NCBI GenBank assembly: GCA_020536535.1
Contig: JAHLWZ010000834.1
Location: 1-64,000, forward strand
DNA: 64,000 bases
Reading direction: 5' to 3'
Origin: Pelomyxa schiedti
Lineage: Eukaryota; Protista; Evosea
Shown in pieces: positions 49,402 through 62,025 of the stretch. The notes below the pieces were generated by a model that saw only the letters and a list, made by a program, of their open reading frames with translations, did no database searches and was not told the DNA's origin. How positions within the stretch are numbered: the first letter of the stretch is position 1; every line of letters starts with the position of its first letter. The position numbers and the translations under genes are program-made.

Positions 49402-50544
49402 TCATCCTCCAAAAGTCTCAAGAACACCTGAAGCACCAGCACAGCAGGCAACGAGGTTTAGCCAGCACATACGTTGGCGATCAGTTTCATTTGGACAAGC
49501 GGAGAGTACCAAAAGTTGCTTGACTGGCGATGTGGCCAGGCTTTCCTTCCGTGTGTGGCTGCTGTTCATTGACCAGGCATGCCACTCGGAATAGTAGTCT
49601 CTCTTGGCCAAAGGGAGCCACGGTTTGGGTATTGAGCCATACGTAGCCATCTCAGATAGCGGGGGTGGAGGAATTGGGTCACCGCGGTTCATAACACAGA
49701 ACCCAAGCCTTATCTCTCCACTCTCAACTTTTCCATTCCTCTCGCCCACTGAAACATCTCCAACAGAGAACATAAACACTTGTGCATTCCCACCAGACAC
49801 TTCAAACATGATCACGCCAGAAAAGCTCTGATCATCGCTCAGCGACAATTCGTTGTGGCACTGTATCACCCGAATGCCCTCGAAAAACTTTCTCAGGCTT
49901 GCCTGCGATTTTGCGTCCAGGTACTCCCAGCGCGCGTCCTCCTCACCTTCCAAATCTGCCGGTTTGGCATCCGCCACTTGCAACTCCCACTCTTTCCTCT
50001 CAATAAGTGCTTTGGCGAATGCACTCAAAGTCTCCAATTCACCCATCTGCATTCGAAGCAATTTCCTGTGCCTTGTACCATCTGTGATCGCGCTTCTAGC
50101 CTCTTTCAGGTCTTTCAGCTCGCGCCTCGCACATGATGTCTTCATGTTGAATACCAGGCTCACTCTGGTGCAGGCCTCCCAGCACTTATGGGAGCACCGA
50201 GCAAATGGAAACAAGCACTCCGTGTGCGACACCTTTGGCGGCGAAACAGCAGTGGGTGGTGTATACAATTGTGGGATTGACGACACAGGTGGAGGTGGAT
50301 GCGGCCGAAGTGAGACAAAAGGAGGGAGGAGTAGCATTCCCACAATCACATCGAGCACATTCGGCGGCAACACCGTGTCCAGACCCCCACTTTCGCAACG
50401 AACTGCACCCGCGTGGCCAGTTCCGCTCGTGGTTGTTGTGTCTGGCAGAACGCGCACAGGGGACGACGCTGGCGGCTGAGGTTGTGGTTTGATCCTCCTG
50501 CGTTTTCCTTGTGCTTGTTGCGGCGAGCCTTCCTCGTTTTGCAT
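49402..50544 (-). CDS. Hypothetical protein, single exon, split F-box-like motif
   Basis: 380-aa ORF; LPPNVLDVIVGML ... LFPFARCSHKCW. Confidence 0.6.
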   Translation of the reverse strand: MQNEEGSPQQAQGKRRRIKPQPQPPASSPVRVLPDTTTTSGTGHAGAVRCESGGLDTVLPPNVLDVIVGMLLLPPFVSLRPHPPPPVSSIPQLYTPPTAVSPPKVSHTECLFPFARCSHKCWEACTRVSLVFNMKTSCARRELKDLKEARSAITDGTRHRKLLRMQMGELETLSAFAKALIERKEWELQVADAKPADLEGEEDARWEYLDAKSQASLRKFFEGIRVIQCHNELSLSDDQSFSGVIMFEVSGGNAQVFMFSVGDVSVGERNGKVESGEIRLGFCVMNRGDPIPPPPLSEMATYGSIPKPWLPLAKRDYYSEWHAWSMNSSHTRKESLATSPVKQLLVLSACPNETDRQRMCWLNLVACCAGASGVLETFGG

Positions 50545-50710
50545 CTCACAAAAAAAAAAAAAAAAGCGTTTTGCAAGAAGAGCCGAAACATTTTCTAACG
50601 CCTTGCCAAGTCAACAGACCGGAACGCTGTCATTTTCGTTATCTTCGTTCAGGATTGGCCGTTTGTGGCTTTTTAACTGACTCGCAAGTTATTTGGTTCA
50701 GGGCGAAAAA

Positions 50711-53700
50711 ATGGGCAATAACGCACGTGGGCCAGCACGGCCACGCAAATGCACTGTTGTGGGCTACGACGCCTTTCAACGCGCTCAGGCAGAGCGCGCC
50801 TCGTTCTTCTCTCGTTTGGAGGCAACAGCCAAACAAGCCGNNNNNNNNNNNNNNNNNNNNNNNNNNNNNNNNNNNNNNNNNNNNNNNNNNNNNNNNNNNN
50901 NNNNNNNNNNNNNNNNNNNNNNNNNNNNNNNNNNNNNNNNAACGCACGTGGGCCAGCACGGCCACGCAAATGCACTGTTGTGGGCTACGACGCCTTTCAA
51001 CGCGCTCAGGCAGAGCGCGCCTCGTTCTTCTCTCGTTTGGAGGCAACAGCCAAACAAGCCGACGTTCCTAACGCAGCCACGAGCGTCGTAGTGGCTCGGA
51101 ACTTCAAGCTTGTGAGGAAAATCGCACATGGCAGCAACGGTACCTCACCCTATTTTCAGTTGCTTTTGTTGCCAGCAACGATTGACCTGGAACTTTGGAA
51201 GGGATTGTTTACGAGGTGAAGTGCATTGGTGATGGCCACCCTGAGCTCTTCAGGGACCAATCTTACGTGCTCAAGGTGCCATTTAATTACTGGGGTGTGC
51301 ACACGAGTTCAGTCTCAAATGCATTTGAGGTGTGTTCTTTAAAATGCCACCTTTTTTCCCCCATTGCTTAATGACACATTGGCTGAAGAATGAATACCTT
51401 GTGTCATCGACACTTGAAGGGCACCCAAATGTGAACCAGTATTTCTGTCACTTCACGGACAGGCCCCCTCGGGAGTATTATGACGTGCTACCACCAGTTC
51501 CAAAGGAGTTGGCATTTGATCCAGTGATGAAAAGGATCCACGCATGTGTGTGGATTGTTCTGGAGTATCACTCAGAGACACTCGATCATTTCTTGAAAAC
51601 CCTCAACCAGTCCACTGGCACTCAGCGGCCTCTCACAACGACACCCTGGTGTGTTGTTCACAAGTACTCAAGAGATATCTGTGCAGGACTTGTTCATCTC
51701 TTCTCGAACCGAACGATTCACTTTGACATCAAGTTGGACAACATCGTTGTCTCTTCGGTGTGTCTTGTGCCACACAAACTTGTCATTACCCAACTAACCA
51801 AAAAAAAAGAACAAAGAGCAAGCCATTGTGATAGATCTCGGATGCGCCAAGAAATTCCCAGACGGATTACTTGAGAGGGAAACAGGGTTCTTTGTTGGGA
51901 CAGTTGGGAATCTGTCTCACCTTGCACCCGAAATTCTCAATGGCATTGCACTGCACACGCAGCACCCAGATCGCTGTCCTAGATTGCCTTGTGAAAAGGT
52001 GTGTCAAAGCACTCTCGCACCGCCCTGACTCCGCCGCTCTCCAAAACCAGCAACCATCATTTTGTTTGAACTTGCAATGGGTGGTCAACATCCACTGCCA
52101 GGATACCCGGCGGCTTATGGTCCAACTGGCCAGGTTGCCTTTTCAGTTCAGAGTGAGGAGCAGTTTCCATTGAGACCGCCAGAATTCCCCAGGGAGTTCT
52201 GCCACCTTGTTCGTGGGTTGCTTGAGTATGATCCCGCGAAAAGGATTCCCCTTTTGGAGGCATCCAAACTGTTGGAAACTCTTATTCCTGATCCAAGTCC
52301 TCAGGAACAGTTCTCATTCTACACTCTCTTTGAACCAAACAATGATCCAGGTTACATTTCTGAGCTTTCGTGGTGGAAATGATTTTTTTCAGGGAGACTC
52401 ACAGCAAAGGCTTTTTGCCAGATTCTGAGTGGCAATTCAACGGCAAAGGACTGCGTTGACACTCTCCACGTAGCTCTTGATATTGAACCATTGTTCTCAC
52501 CTGCTTTATTGATTCTTCATTACTTGCTGTCTTCTGGTGCCTCTGTGCATGAAACTGGTGTGACGAGAAAGGGAATACGTGCAGCCATCTCCGGGAAGGC
52601 TTCATTCACACACGTAGATGTAGAATTTGAGAGAGCCATCAACCATACGCACAGGACCACTCTCCCTGAATTACTTTTAAGGGCACTGAGGATGAGGCAC
52701 ATCGGCTGTGATGACAACAACGCAATCAAAAGCTGCCTGGGGTTGCTTCAAGGAAAGGTCTCATCTGTGTACTTTACCAGGTCCAGACAAGTACCGTCTT
52801 CTGATCATTTCTCAGCAGACAATTTTTTGAGGAATATTATTGACTCGTGTTCAGAAGAAGACTGCGTCAAACGAATGTGTAGCGACCAGCTCACTATCTG
52901 CACATGTAAGTACCCAAGCAAACTTAATTATTAAATTAATATTTTTATCTCTGTGAGACAAATACCAACAAAAAAAAAGATCAACAACTTCCCCGAAGCA
53001 AACTGATGCTTCAGGCACTTTTTGAGTTTGAGGAAGTAAACATTGAGACTGCCATCCACCTCGTCTCAGATGCTTTCAAACTATTTGAGAGTTGCCGCAG
53101 TACGCGTTTCAAATGGAATGAATACTGCACTTAATACAATACTATTCCAAAAAGGAAGCCCTGAATCACAAATTCAGTTCCAGGATGAGTTGTGTTACCT
53201 CCCAGGCCTTCTGTTTCTTTATGGTCTCCGTTTTTTCGCTGATGATCATGTGGCTTTGCACCAACTCATTCCACCAAACTTGTCATCTGTATATTCTCGT
53301 GCCATCTCCAGCTCCATTTCCTCAATGCGAGACTATTGTCAAATGGTGTTACGGACACAACTACAAGTTCATGAAGAGCAAGCTGAGGAAACGGTGAGTA
53401 TTACAGAGGAGTGGGATGCACTCATTGCTTCAGTGTCTGCAATTACTGATTTTCGTGATCCCCCGTCAAAAGGGTTGGGCAAACAGGGGGCATGTGAATA
53501 TTTTGTTGCTTTGTGGACCACCTTTTGTTTGGAGAAATCTTCAGGGGGTCTCCTTCAGATCGTGGGCTGTATGGCACACAAGGAACCAACCGCACTTTGG
53601 TTGTCTTCCACTATGACACTTGTTGGTGCATGTTTTCTTACTGGAACTGGTGTGGACAGAGACCCCAGCAAAGCTGTGTCACTTTTTCAGAAGGCTGTTG

Positions 53701-54410
53701 ATGCCGGAAATGCCTCTGCAATGAACAGCCTTGGTTGGTGTTACGAAAAGGGCAATGGTGTTGGTGAGGACATGAACGAGGCTGTGTCACTTTACAGGAG
53801 GGCTGCTGATGCCGGAAATGCCAATGCAATGAACAACCTTGGTATGTGTTACCAAAATGGCAATGGTGTGAACAAGGACATGACCGAGGCTGTGTCACTC
53901 TTCAGGAGGGCTGCTGATGCCGGGGATGCCAGTGCAATGTTCAACCTTGCTTTGTGTTACAAGAATGGCAATGGTGTTGACAAGAACGTCAATGAGGCCG
54001 TGTTACTCTACAGAAGGGCTTCCAATGCTGGGGATACCGATGCAATGAACAACCTTGGTGTGTGTTACCACCATGGCAATGGTGTTGACAAAGACATTAA
54101 CGCAGCTGTGTCACTGTTCAGGAGGGCTGCTGATGCTGGAAGTTCCACTGCAATGAACAGCCTTGGTTTGTGTTACTACAAAGGCAATGGTGTTGACAAG
54201 AACATCAACGAGGCTGTGTCACTTTACAGGAGGGCTGCTGATGCCGGAAATGCCAATGCAATGAACAACCTTGGTGTGTGTTACTACAAAGGCAATGGTG
54301 TCAGCAAGGACATGACCGAGGCTGTGTCACTTTTCAGGAGGGCTGCTTCTGGGGGGTGTGAGAGTGGTAGAGTCAATCTCATGAAAGTGAGGGAACCTCA
54401 AAACGGGTAA
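50711..54410 (+). CDS. PINK1-like protein kinase with C-terminal Sel1 repeats (possibly damaged in subdomain IX)
   Basis: MGN start; KIAHGSNGIVYEV, VLKVPFNY, HPNVNQYFCHFT, HFDIKLDNI, IDLG, GNLSHLAPE; seven Sel1 repeats. Confidence 0.78.
50841..50940. other. Scaffold gap (100 N) with duplicated 121-bp flanks
   Basis: 50720-50840 is identical to 50941-51061. Confidence 0.95.
53604..54359 (+). repeat. Seven tandem 108-nt Sel1-like repeats (coding)
   Basis: Unit AMNNLGxCYxxGNGVxKDxxEAVSLxRRAADAG. Confidence 0.93.
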
Positions 54411-54494
54411 TAACATTCCACAGTACATCATTAAATAGACAGTGCTGTAATTTACAACTTGGAAAATGTCCGCGTCTAAACTCCAACACAAAAG

Positions 54495-54594
54495 NNNNNN
54501 NNNNNNNNNNNNNNNNNNNNNNNNNNNNNNNNNNNNNNNNNNNNNNNNNNNNNNNNNNNNNNNNNNNNNNNNNNNNNNNNNNNNNNNNNNNNNN
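54495..54594. other. Scaffold gap (100 N) with duplicated 121-bp flanks
   Basis: 54374-54494 is identical to 54595-54715. Confidence 0.95.
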
Positions 54595-54839
54595 CAATCT
54601 CATGAAAGTGAGGGAACCTCAAAACGGGTAATAACATTCCACAGTACATCATTAAATAGACAGTGCTGTAATTTACAACTTGGAAAATGTCCGCGTCTAA
54701 ACTCCAACACAAAAGCAACCAAGAAACCGAGTCCAAGGCAAGCTGCTCCGCGATGTGAGGACCGAACTCACACGAGTCCTTGTTGAAAGTGCCACTAGTT
54801 TTTTTTTACTCTCGAGAGAGTATCTCAGTAAGTTTGTGG

Positions 54840-56158
54840 ATGACAACCAACCAGAGACACCCACATGATTGTCCTAAGGATACCCTGAAGAAGAAGACAA
54901 TTCGAGGAAGACGAACGACGATGAACAGTAATCGGAAAAACACGCCTCTGTACAATTTATTCTGGAAGCCCGAATGGGCCATTCCCAACTCAGGAGGTCT
55001 CACTCTCACTGGCCACTCCAAGGCCGCTGGTATTTCTTTTTTTTCTTTTTTTCTTTTTTTCTTTTTTGTACCCTTTTCCGTCTGTGGTGGCTAAAGACCA
55101 ACAGAAAAAACTGGCTTTAGAATTCCTGAGTTGGCTTTGTTTTTTGATGCTGGGGTACAGTGTTACCAGGACCCTGAAGTTATTGCCATTACACACGCTC
55201 ACACTGACCACTCGTTTGCTTTGCCAATGTGTATGCTTTTTCTCTTCGAACATTCCTAGTGGTTTCGTTTCAAAAAGTGCTGAAACTTCCATTATGCAAG
55301 TATTGACAGGGATTCACAAAACTCCTTTGGTCATGGTACCAGTTGGATGTGGACAATTCTTTGACAATTTTGTGAGAAGCACCTTTGAATTGAGTGTGTG
55401 CAGCACGGATGCTATACATACCAAGGAATTGTTCACTCTGAAAGAAGTGGCCCCAACTGAGGTCGTAGAGATGCAACTCAAAGGCCGCCGATTTAATGTA
55501 CTCCTCCTTGAACAATAAGTGCACTTGGCTGAATTGATTCCACTTGAAACTAACACTTGGCGGAAGCTGGAAATATTCAGGTGTGAGCACACTGTTCCTT
55601 CTGTTGGATACGGCCTTTGTGAAATGAGGCCGAAATTGAAAGCTGAATATTCTTCCTTGGACGGGCCCGCTCTTGGAGCACTAAGAAAAACAGGTATGCT
55701 ACTTAAAGGTTCCGGAAATTTCTACCATATGCACAGGGGTAGCTGTGACAGAGCCACAACCTCACCGAATTATCTGTTTCCTTGGGGATACCCACCATTC
55801 TGCATTATTGGCAGCTGGGCTTAGGGTTGATGCCACAGCACCAAAAGTTGGGCTTTCCTTGTACCCGGTCATTGTGGTGGAGTGTTCCTACTTCCTAAAG
55901 GAGAATTCTGATTCAGCAGAGTCCGCCAAACACATTCATTGGGATGCGTTATTGCCGTAAGTTCGTTGGGTTTGACCCTTCCTTAACATTGCAAATAGGT
56001 TTGTTTTGGCCAATCCCGAAATAACATTTGTTTTGATTCATTTCAGCCTCCGGTATAGTGACACAGAAATTGCTGAATTTTTCAAGGCAGCCTGTGCTGA
56101 ACACCACATTACCAACATAGTTGTCTGGCTAGATGAAGCACCTCTTGTCTTCCATTGA
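54840..56158 (+). CDS. Short-form (TM-type) tRNase Z, MBL fold
   Basis: GHSKAA, FFDAG, ITHAHTDH, EHTVPSVGY, KLKAEY..L.G..L..LRKTG, FLGDT, VECSY, KHIHW, LIHFSLRY. The start could instead be 54921. Confidence 0.87.
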
Positions 56159-56231
56159 AGAAGCATGTTTTGTCTTTCCTTTTTTTAAAAAAAATACAAT
56201 ATCTTTTGCCTTGGAGGGAAAAGAGACTATT

Positions 56232-57168
56232 CTATGGTCTGTAGTCGTTGTCAATTTGAGTGCCACACAAATCGGTGGTCCCTGTGATTTGTTTCATCAC
56301 TGGGCTGGTCCACCCGCCAAAATTCTTCCAGTCTGAAAATGATGGGTTGTTGTCATAGTGTGCATACCAGATGGGATAACTGGAAAACTCTGTTGTGTCA
56401 CACATAATTGGGGACCTAGATGTTTTATTATTTTGTGGGAGGCATTGACTTGGGCATTAATTTGTACCATTGGCTTGCAGAAGAGTATATTCCAATACAA
56501 TATTTCAAGCCACAATCGGAATACATTGCCTCTGCTGTTGAAATTACTGTGCCGGGGTGAGTGACCGATACTTAAATTTCCTAACTTCATGCCTGTATGC
56601 AAAAATTGGATATTTTCGTCGCAAGTCCCGATCCAGTACTCTGTACCCTCTACATCCATCCATATCCTAGAAAGTGCCTTCAGTAAAGATGAAGAACGAA
56701 GAGGAAATACATGTTATCATGGTAAAGTACATCATCCTCGAACAGAGAGGTTATAGTGCTATTAACTTGACCGGCGGGGTCAAGACCATAATCCGGGAAG
56801 ATGTACACATCCACAGGATATATTCCCGCTGAGACAGCATTGTGGTAATTTTCCCCAATATCTTAAAGTATGACACAAGTTAGGGACAGTCTAGTCAGAG
56901 ATAAGAGGTTGTCCACACAAGGATTATAGTGCCCAGTTCCAGGAGGGTGACCAGTCTGGGCTTGCATGATTGCATACCTATAGCCACCAGAAAACAAGCA
57001 CTCATAGGAACTAGTATTAACAGCCCCTTGGTAGTAACTGTGATCAAATCTGGTTCAAAACCAAACTGTGAGAAATAGTTGTAAAAAAAAATTGACTCAC
57101 CCAGAGGTGGCTAATGAGAGTTGTAAACAAAAAGCACTGAAGACAAACACCAATGTCAACGCCACCAT
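56232..57168 (-). CDS. Secreted GH25-type (amoeba/nematode-type) lysozyme
   Basis: Signal peptide; VDVYIFP, IWMDVEG, GIYSSASQW, PIWYAHYDNNPSFSDWKNFGGW. Confidence 0.85.
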
Positions 57169-57285
57169 TTGAAAAAAAACGACGTTTCTCCTTGATCGTT
57201 GTGTTTTAGATTCGTGATTTTGATGAAAAAAATTTTTTTGCTTCTCAGATTGGTTTCAACTTTGTGTAGGGACAGCACAGCCAAT

Positions 57286-59064
57286 TTAGAGGTTGATCAT
57301 AGCATAACGATCACCACCAACACCAATCCACCTAATAGTGTTGATTGGTTGGTTAGAGAGGAAGTGGGGATTTGGAAGGGAGTGTTTACTTGATTGGTAC
57401 ACCAAGGAATGCCTCGATCATCTTGATGTAGTTGCGGCAGTTTTCGGGAAGCTGATCAAAGGCCCTGATGGTGCTGATGTCCTCAGTCCATCCAGGATAG
57501 CTGCGATACACAACAGTTGCTCTGCTGAGTTCTTCACTGGTGGCTGGGAATAGTGTAACTTCCTTTCCATCAATTACATAGGCAACAGCAACCTGGGAAT
57601 ATTTTGTTAGCTGGATAGTAGATGAGAAAGGGCAATAAAAACGCACCTGAAGGGTTGGAATTCCAGTGAGACAATCAATCTTGGTAAGGTTGAGTGAGGT
57701 GTATCCATTAATGACACAGCTGTATTTCATGACAACAAGGTCAAGCCATCCACACCTCCTTGGTCTGCCAGTTGTGGTTCCAAATTCATGACCGACCTTG
57801 CGGATGAGGTCTCCAGTTGCATCTAGCACAAAACAGTGAGAAACGGGTGTATTTGGTATTAAGTACCTAAAAGCTCAGTGGGGAATGGTCCCTCACCAAC
57901 CCGGGTTGTGTAAGCCTTGATAACTCCAATTACAGACCCAACTTTGTTTGGAGAAATTCCCAAACCAGTGAAGACACCACCAATGGTGGGGTGAGATGAG
58001 GTTACAAATGGATATGTCCCGTAGTCAATATCTAGCATATGCGCATTTGCACCCTCAACGAGAACCCTTCTCAGCAATGAGGAAAGAAATAAATACATAC
58101 AAACGTTAACACACCTTTTCCTCTCTGTGAATGCCCTATCAAGGTATTCAACAGTGTCGATAATCATTGGGGTCAAGGCAGTGGCATACTGACGGTACCT
58201 ATTCGCAGTGAGTCCATTGAGCTAGCTCGATTACTTTTCATACTTAGCAAGCTCTGCATCAATGTCAATCCTGAGAGTTGGGAATCGAATCATGTATCCA
58301 GAAGCAAGCGTGTGGAACTTCGCAGTGAATCTAGAAAACCTATTTAGGGCCGAAAGGGTGCGTACTCTACTAGTGCACACGTTTCAAAAGAGAGGAGGTC
58401 ACCCAAACGGATGCCTGTGCGCGCAGCCTTGTCGGCATATGTTGGTCCGATCCCCTTCCTTTCAAGCTTTAAGTTCTTGCCATGAAGTTAAAACTTCTCA
58501 CCTGGTTGTGCCAATCTTTGATCCCTCGGCACGAGCGCCTTCCTGCAGCCCATCCACATCCATATGGAAGTCGAAAACAATATGAGCCCTATTGGAAAGA
58601 ACCAATCTTCCTATATTCAAATGTAAGCGTTTTATTGCACAAGGAAAAAAAAGTTACCAGTCAAGTTGCAACCAGCCTTTGTGAGTGAATCAATTTCACT
58701 GAACAAACTTGGAATGTGCACAACAACTCCGTTGCCAACAACTCCAATAACTTTGGGGTTCAAGACTCCAGAGGGAACCAAGTGGAATGCGTACTTAACT
58801 CCCGACACCCATAATGTGTGTCCCGCATTCGTGCCTCCGTTGTACCTGGTTAGGAAAAAAAAAAAAAATTTTAGTTCTGGTGTCTCGATGGCAACATAGA
58901 ACAAAAACAGGAGTAAAGTAAAAAGACAAAAAAGAAGCCACGAGACAACAGCATTTAAAAAAAAAATACCTGCAACACAAGTCACATTCAGAGGAAAGGA
59001 TGTCCACAATTTTTCCCTTGCCTTCGTCACCCCATTGGGCTCCAAGTACCACGATAGCCGACAT
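57286..59064 (-). CDS. ADSS: Adenylosuccinate synthetase
   Basis: [71 protein letters not shown]. Confidence 0.97.
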
Positions 59065-59180
59065 CCTTTCAACAGTTTTTTGGTTACAGTTTTTTTGTTT
59101 TTTTTGGACTTGTTGGTTACGTTTATTCTGTGTTCCAAAAAAATTCCCTGAACGAAACTTTGTACGGCATTTCTCCGGTG

Positions 59181-61721
59181 TTACGTGATAAGGCAATTAG
59201 AGGGTTTCTCCACAGAATAGGCTCCTCTGCGTGTTGCTGTTGTTCGTATTGCCCCAGGTGATGTGGGAAGAATCTGGCGCGATAGAAAGTCCTCGCCCAA
59301 AAGCTGTGCCATGCGGAAGAAGGCCAGGTCAACATTCTCGTTGGTCTTGGCACTGGTTTCAATGTAGTCTACTATGCGTTTGGTGGGATCGTGGTGCTCC
59401 GCGATAGTTCTGGAATGAAGGAAGTCATGGACCTGGGTGCGTTAAAGTCGATTTGATTGTGAAGATAGTTTTTTTTTTTTTTTGGGAACCTGGGAACAGG
59501 AAACTAGCCTTGCCGCAGTTTTATCTCTTTTGTTTCCGACGATCAAGATTACCTTTGGATCAGCTCTTATTGCCTCCTTATGCGCGGTTAAGATCAAGAA
59601 AGCATGACAGGAAAACGCGCCTGGAAGAACTGTTCAACGGCAGAAAAAGATGAAGCCTCAGTCAGATCAAACACAATAATTACCCCAGGGACAGTGTATG
59701 AGTGAGGTGTTATCGTCCGGAACCTAGCAGGTAGTTACAACGGGTATTGACAACAGTATAACCACCTCTCTTGACCAGCAGTCTCCCAGATTTGCATCTT
59801 GATAGTAAGACCGCAAATGTCTACTGTCCTGAAAGTATGTTTGTACATAGTATTGTTATTTGACCTTACTTAATTTTGAAATCAACACCAATTGTTGGTA
59901 TGTATGAGTCAGTGAATTCGCCATCTGCAAACCGTAGAAGGAGGCATGACTTCCCCACACCAGCACCACCAAGGATAACTATCTGTTGAGAAGTTAATTT
60001 TCCTTAAATTCAGCGATTGAAAACCTTGAATATACAGTCATACTCAAAAGCCATGGAATTTGTCTTGGGAATGTGCACAGGGGGCGCAACGAGGGCCGCT
60101 CCGACGTCACTATGCAGTTGTGAATAGCCCATTGTGGGGGAATGGTAGTACTCGAAGGCTTCCTTTGCAACAAAAAAAGATAGTTGTGAGACTAAGAGAT
60201 TTATTTGCTTCATGCGTAAAACAAACCTTGGAGGCGGAAATAGACTCCCAGTACGCCTTTGATAGAAGAATTTGCTTCGATAACTTCATCAATGCCTTGC
60301 AGACCCGCTGTACACGATACAAGTCTTTGGGGAGAAGCATGGACAGTATTTGTATAACTACATCTTGGGGAAATGTCATCAGATGCTTCAAAGTGCGTAA
60401 ATTCCAAGAAAAATGAATGGTGTTGGTACTGTCGAAAGCAAGCGAACGATTGGTTCAGGTGTACCAAATGAAATTGCCCAATCAACACAGTTGTTCCCTC
60501 CTTGAACATCCTGAAGGCGTTTATTTCCCCACTAGTAAGTTGGTTTTGCCACCTACATTCGGGTCTGCTCCAGCCTGTAACAGTAATTGTATTATAGAAG
60601 TGTCACACTTCCCTCGTAAGGCATGGAATAGAAGGCCAAAGCCATCAGGTCCGGTAGTATTAATTGTACGTTGTACAAGGTCAAATGCCAAGAGAAGACG
60701 AATCGCAATTAAATTCTTGGATTTCACAGCAACAAAGAGTGGGGTCTCTCCTGAAATAGATTTGAACATTATTTGCATTGAGTAAGAGCAACCATACCAC
60801 TTGCGTTTTGTTCCACAACCACTCGGTCATTTACTGCTACGATTGAGGAAAAGACAACTTTGAATTCATCTTCGTTCGTCTCAGGCCTCATCCGACACAA
60901 GTAAATAAGGGCAGAGGTTCCAAAATCGGTTTGCATAGTGAGATCTGCGCCTGATTGGATGAGGTATCGGGCAACCTAAGAGTGTTACTTGATTCAATCA
61001 GTACAAATATACACTACCGGTAAATGGCCCGCAGACAATGCACAGAGAACGGGGGTCCGGCTGCTATAGTCCGTAGCATTCACTTTGGCCCCATTGTTGA
61101 GGAGCCATTTTGCTAACGCTAAATTTCCAGCAGTACTTGACTACACCTTAGGAGGGAGGAATGTATAACATAGCACACCTGGCAGCATGTAATAATGTTT
61201 GGCCACTGGAATCAAAATCTTGAATCAGAGGGCTTTTTCGAGAGAGTTGAGTTATTTCAGCCACAAGTGCTTTGTTTGAGGGACTGTTGATCTCGGATGA
61301 TGGGGGCATTGCCGTTATTTTATCTACAATCGAGCTGACATGCACATTGAAAGGAGGCTTGATGTGTGCTATCCAGTACACTGCGTAGTATTGCTTGAAC
61401 TGGTGGGAAAGGAAAAAACCAAAAAGGAATAAAGAAAACTAACCATGTCTTTAGGAACTGTAAGCATAATTCTGGTGTGTAACACCTGATACGAAGCTGG
61501 AGGCACAACCACCAAGTTCGCGACTGAAGGTGACACACGGGCCCATACCCGTACACTGGGAAGCACACCATCCACAGGATATGGAGGACAAAAAGGAAGA
61601 ATATACTCTCTTCTGAGGCTATTTTGTTTTAGTTTGAGATTACATAAGGCAGTGTCTGCAAAGTACGTAGTATTTTTTCCACTTTGGAAATGACAACTTC
61701 TCACCTAGGTAAAGATTAAAA

Positions 61722-61762
<41 letters not shown>

Positions 61763-61854
61763 GGCAGAGACTCGAAGAACGAAATAATAACACGACCAAA
61801 TGCCTCCTCCTGGTCCTGGGTGTTAGATTTACCCGCCGCGCTTAAACCCTGCAT
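59181..61854 (-). CDS. Ankyrin-repeat / F-box / Rab1-like GTPase fusion with CaaX end
   Basis: [32 protein letters not shown]; F-box [29 protein letters not shown]; [48 protein letters not shown]. Confidence 0.82.
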
Positions 61855-62025
61855 TATAACTACTTAGAACTACTTCCGACTTTCTATCCCCAAATTTTAA
61901 ATAAACTAAAAAAAAAGTGATGATGTATTGGATCGACACCGTTACGACGCCTTGTGCCAGTGGCGGTTTTTAATTTGTTTCTTGGCTTTCGTGGGCAGCA
62001 ATTGCATTGCCGGGGTGTGATAACG

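Noticed and set aside
53604-54359. Regular repeat array that could be mistaken for CRISPR
   Set aside because: These are in-frame 108-nt Sel1 coding repeats in a eukaryotic gene, with no spacers or cas genes.
50720-54715. Two pairs of perfect 121-bp direct repeats that look like LTRs or target-site duplications
   Set aside because: Each pair flanks an exactly 100-N gap and both have the same length. This is typical of k-mer overlap left by scaffolding.
55957-55998. U12-like signals (TTCCTTAAC here; GTATCTT donor at 23262)
   Set aside because: No intron I examined has both a GTATCCTT/ATATCCTT donor and a U12 branch point. This one has a U2-type GTAAGT donor.
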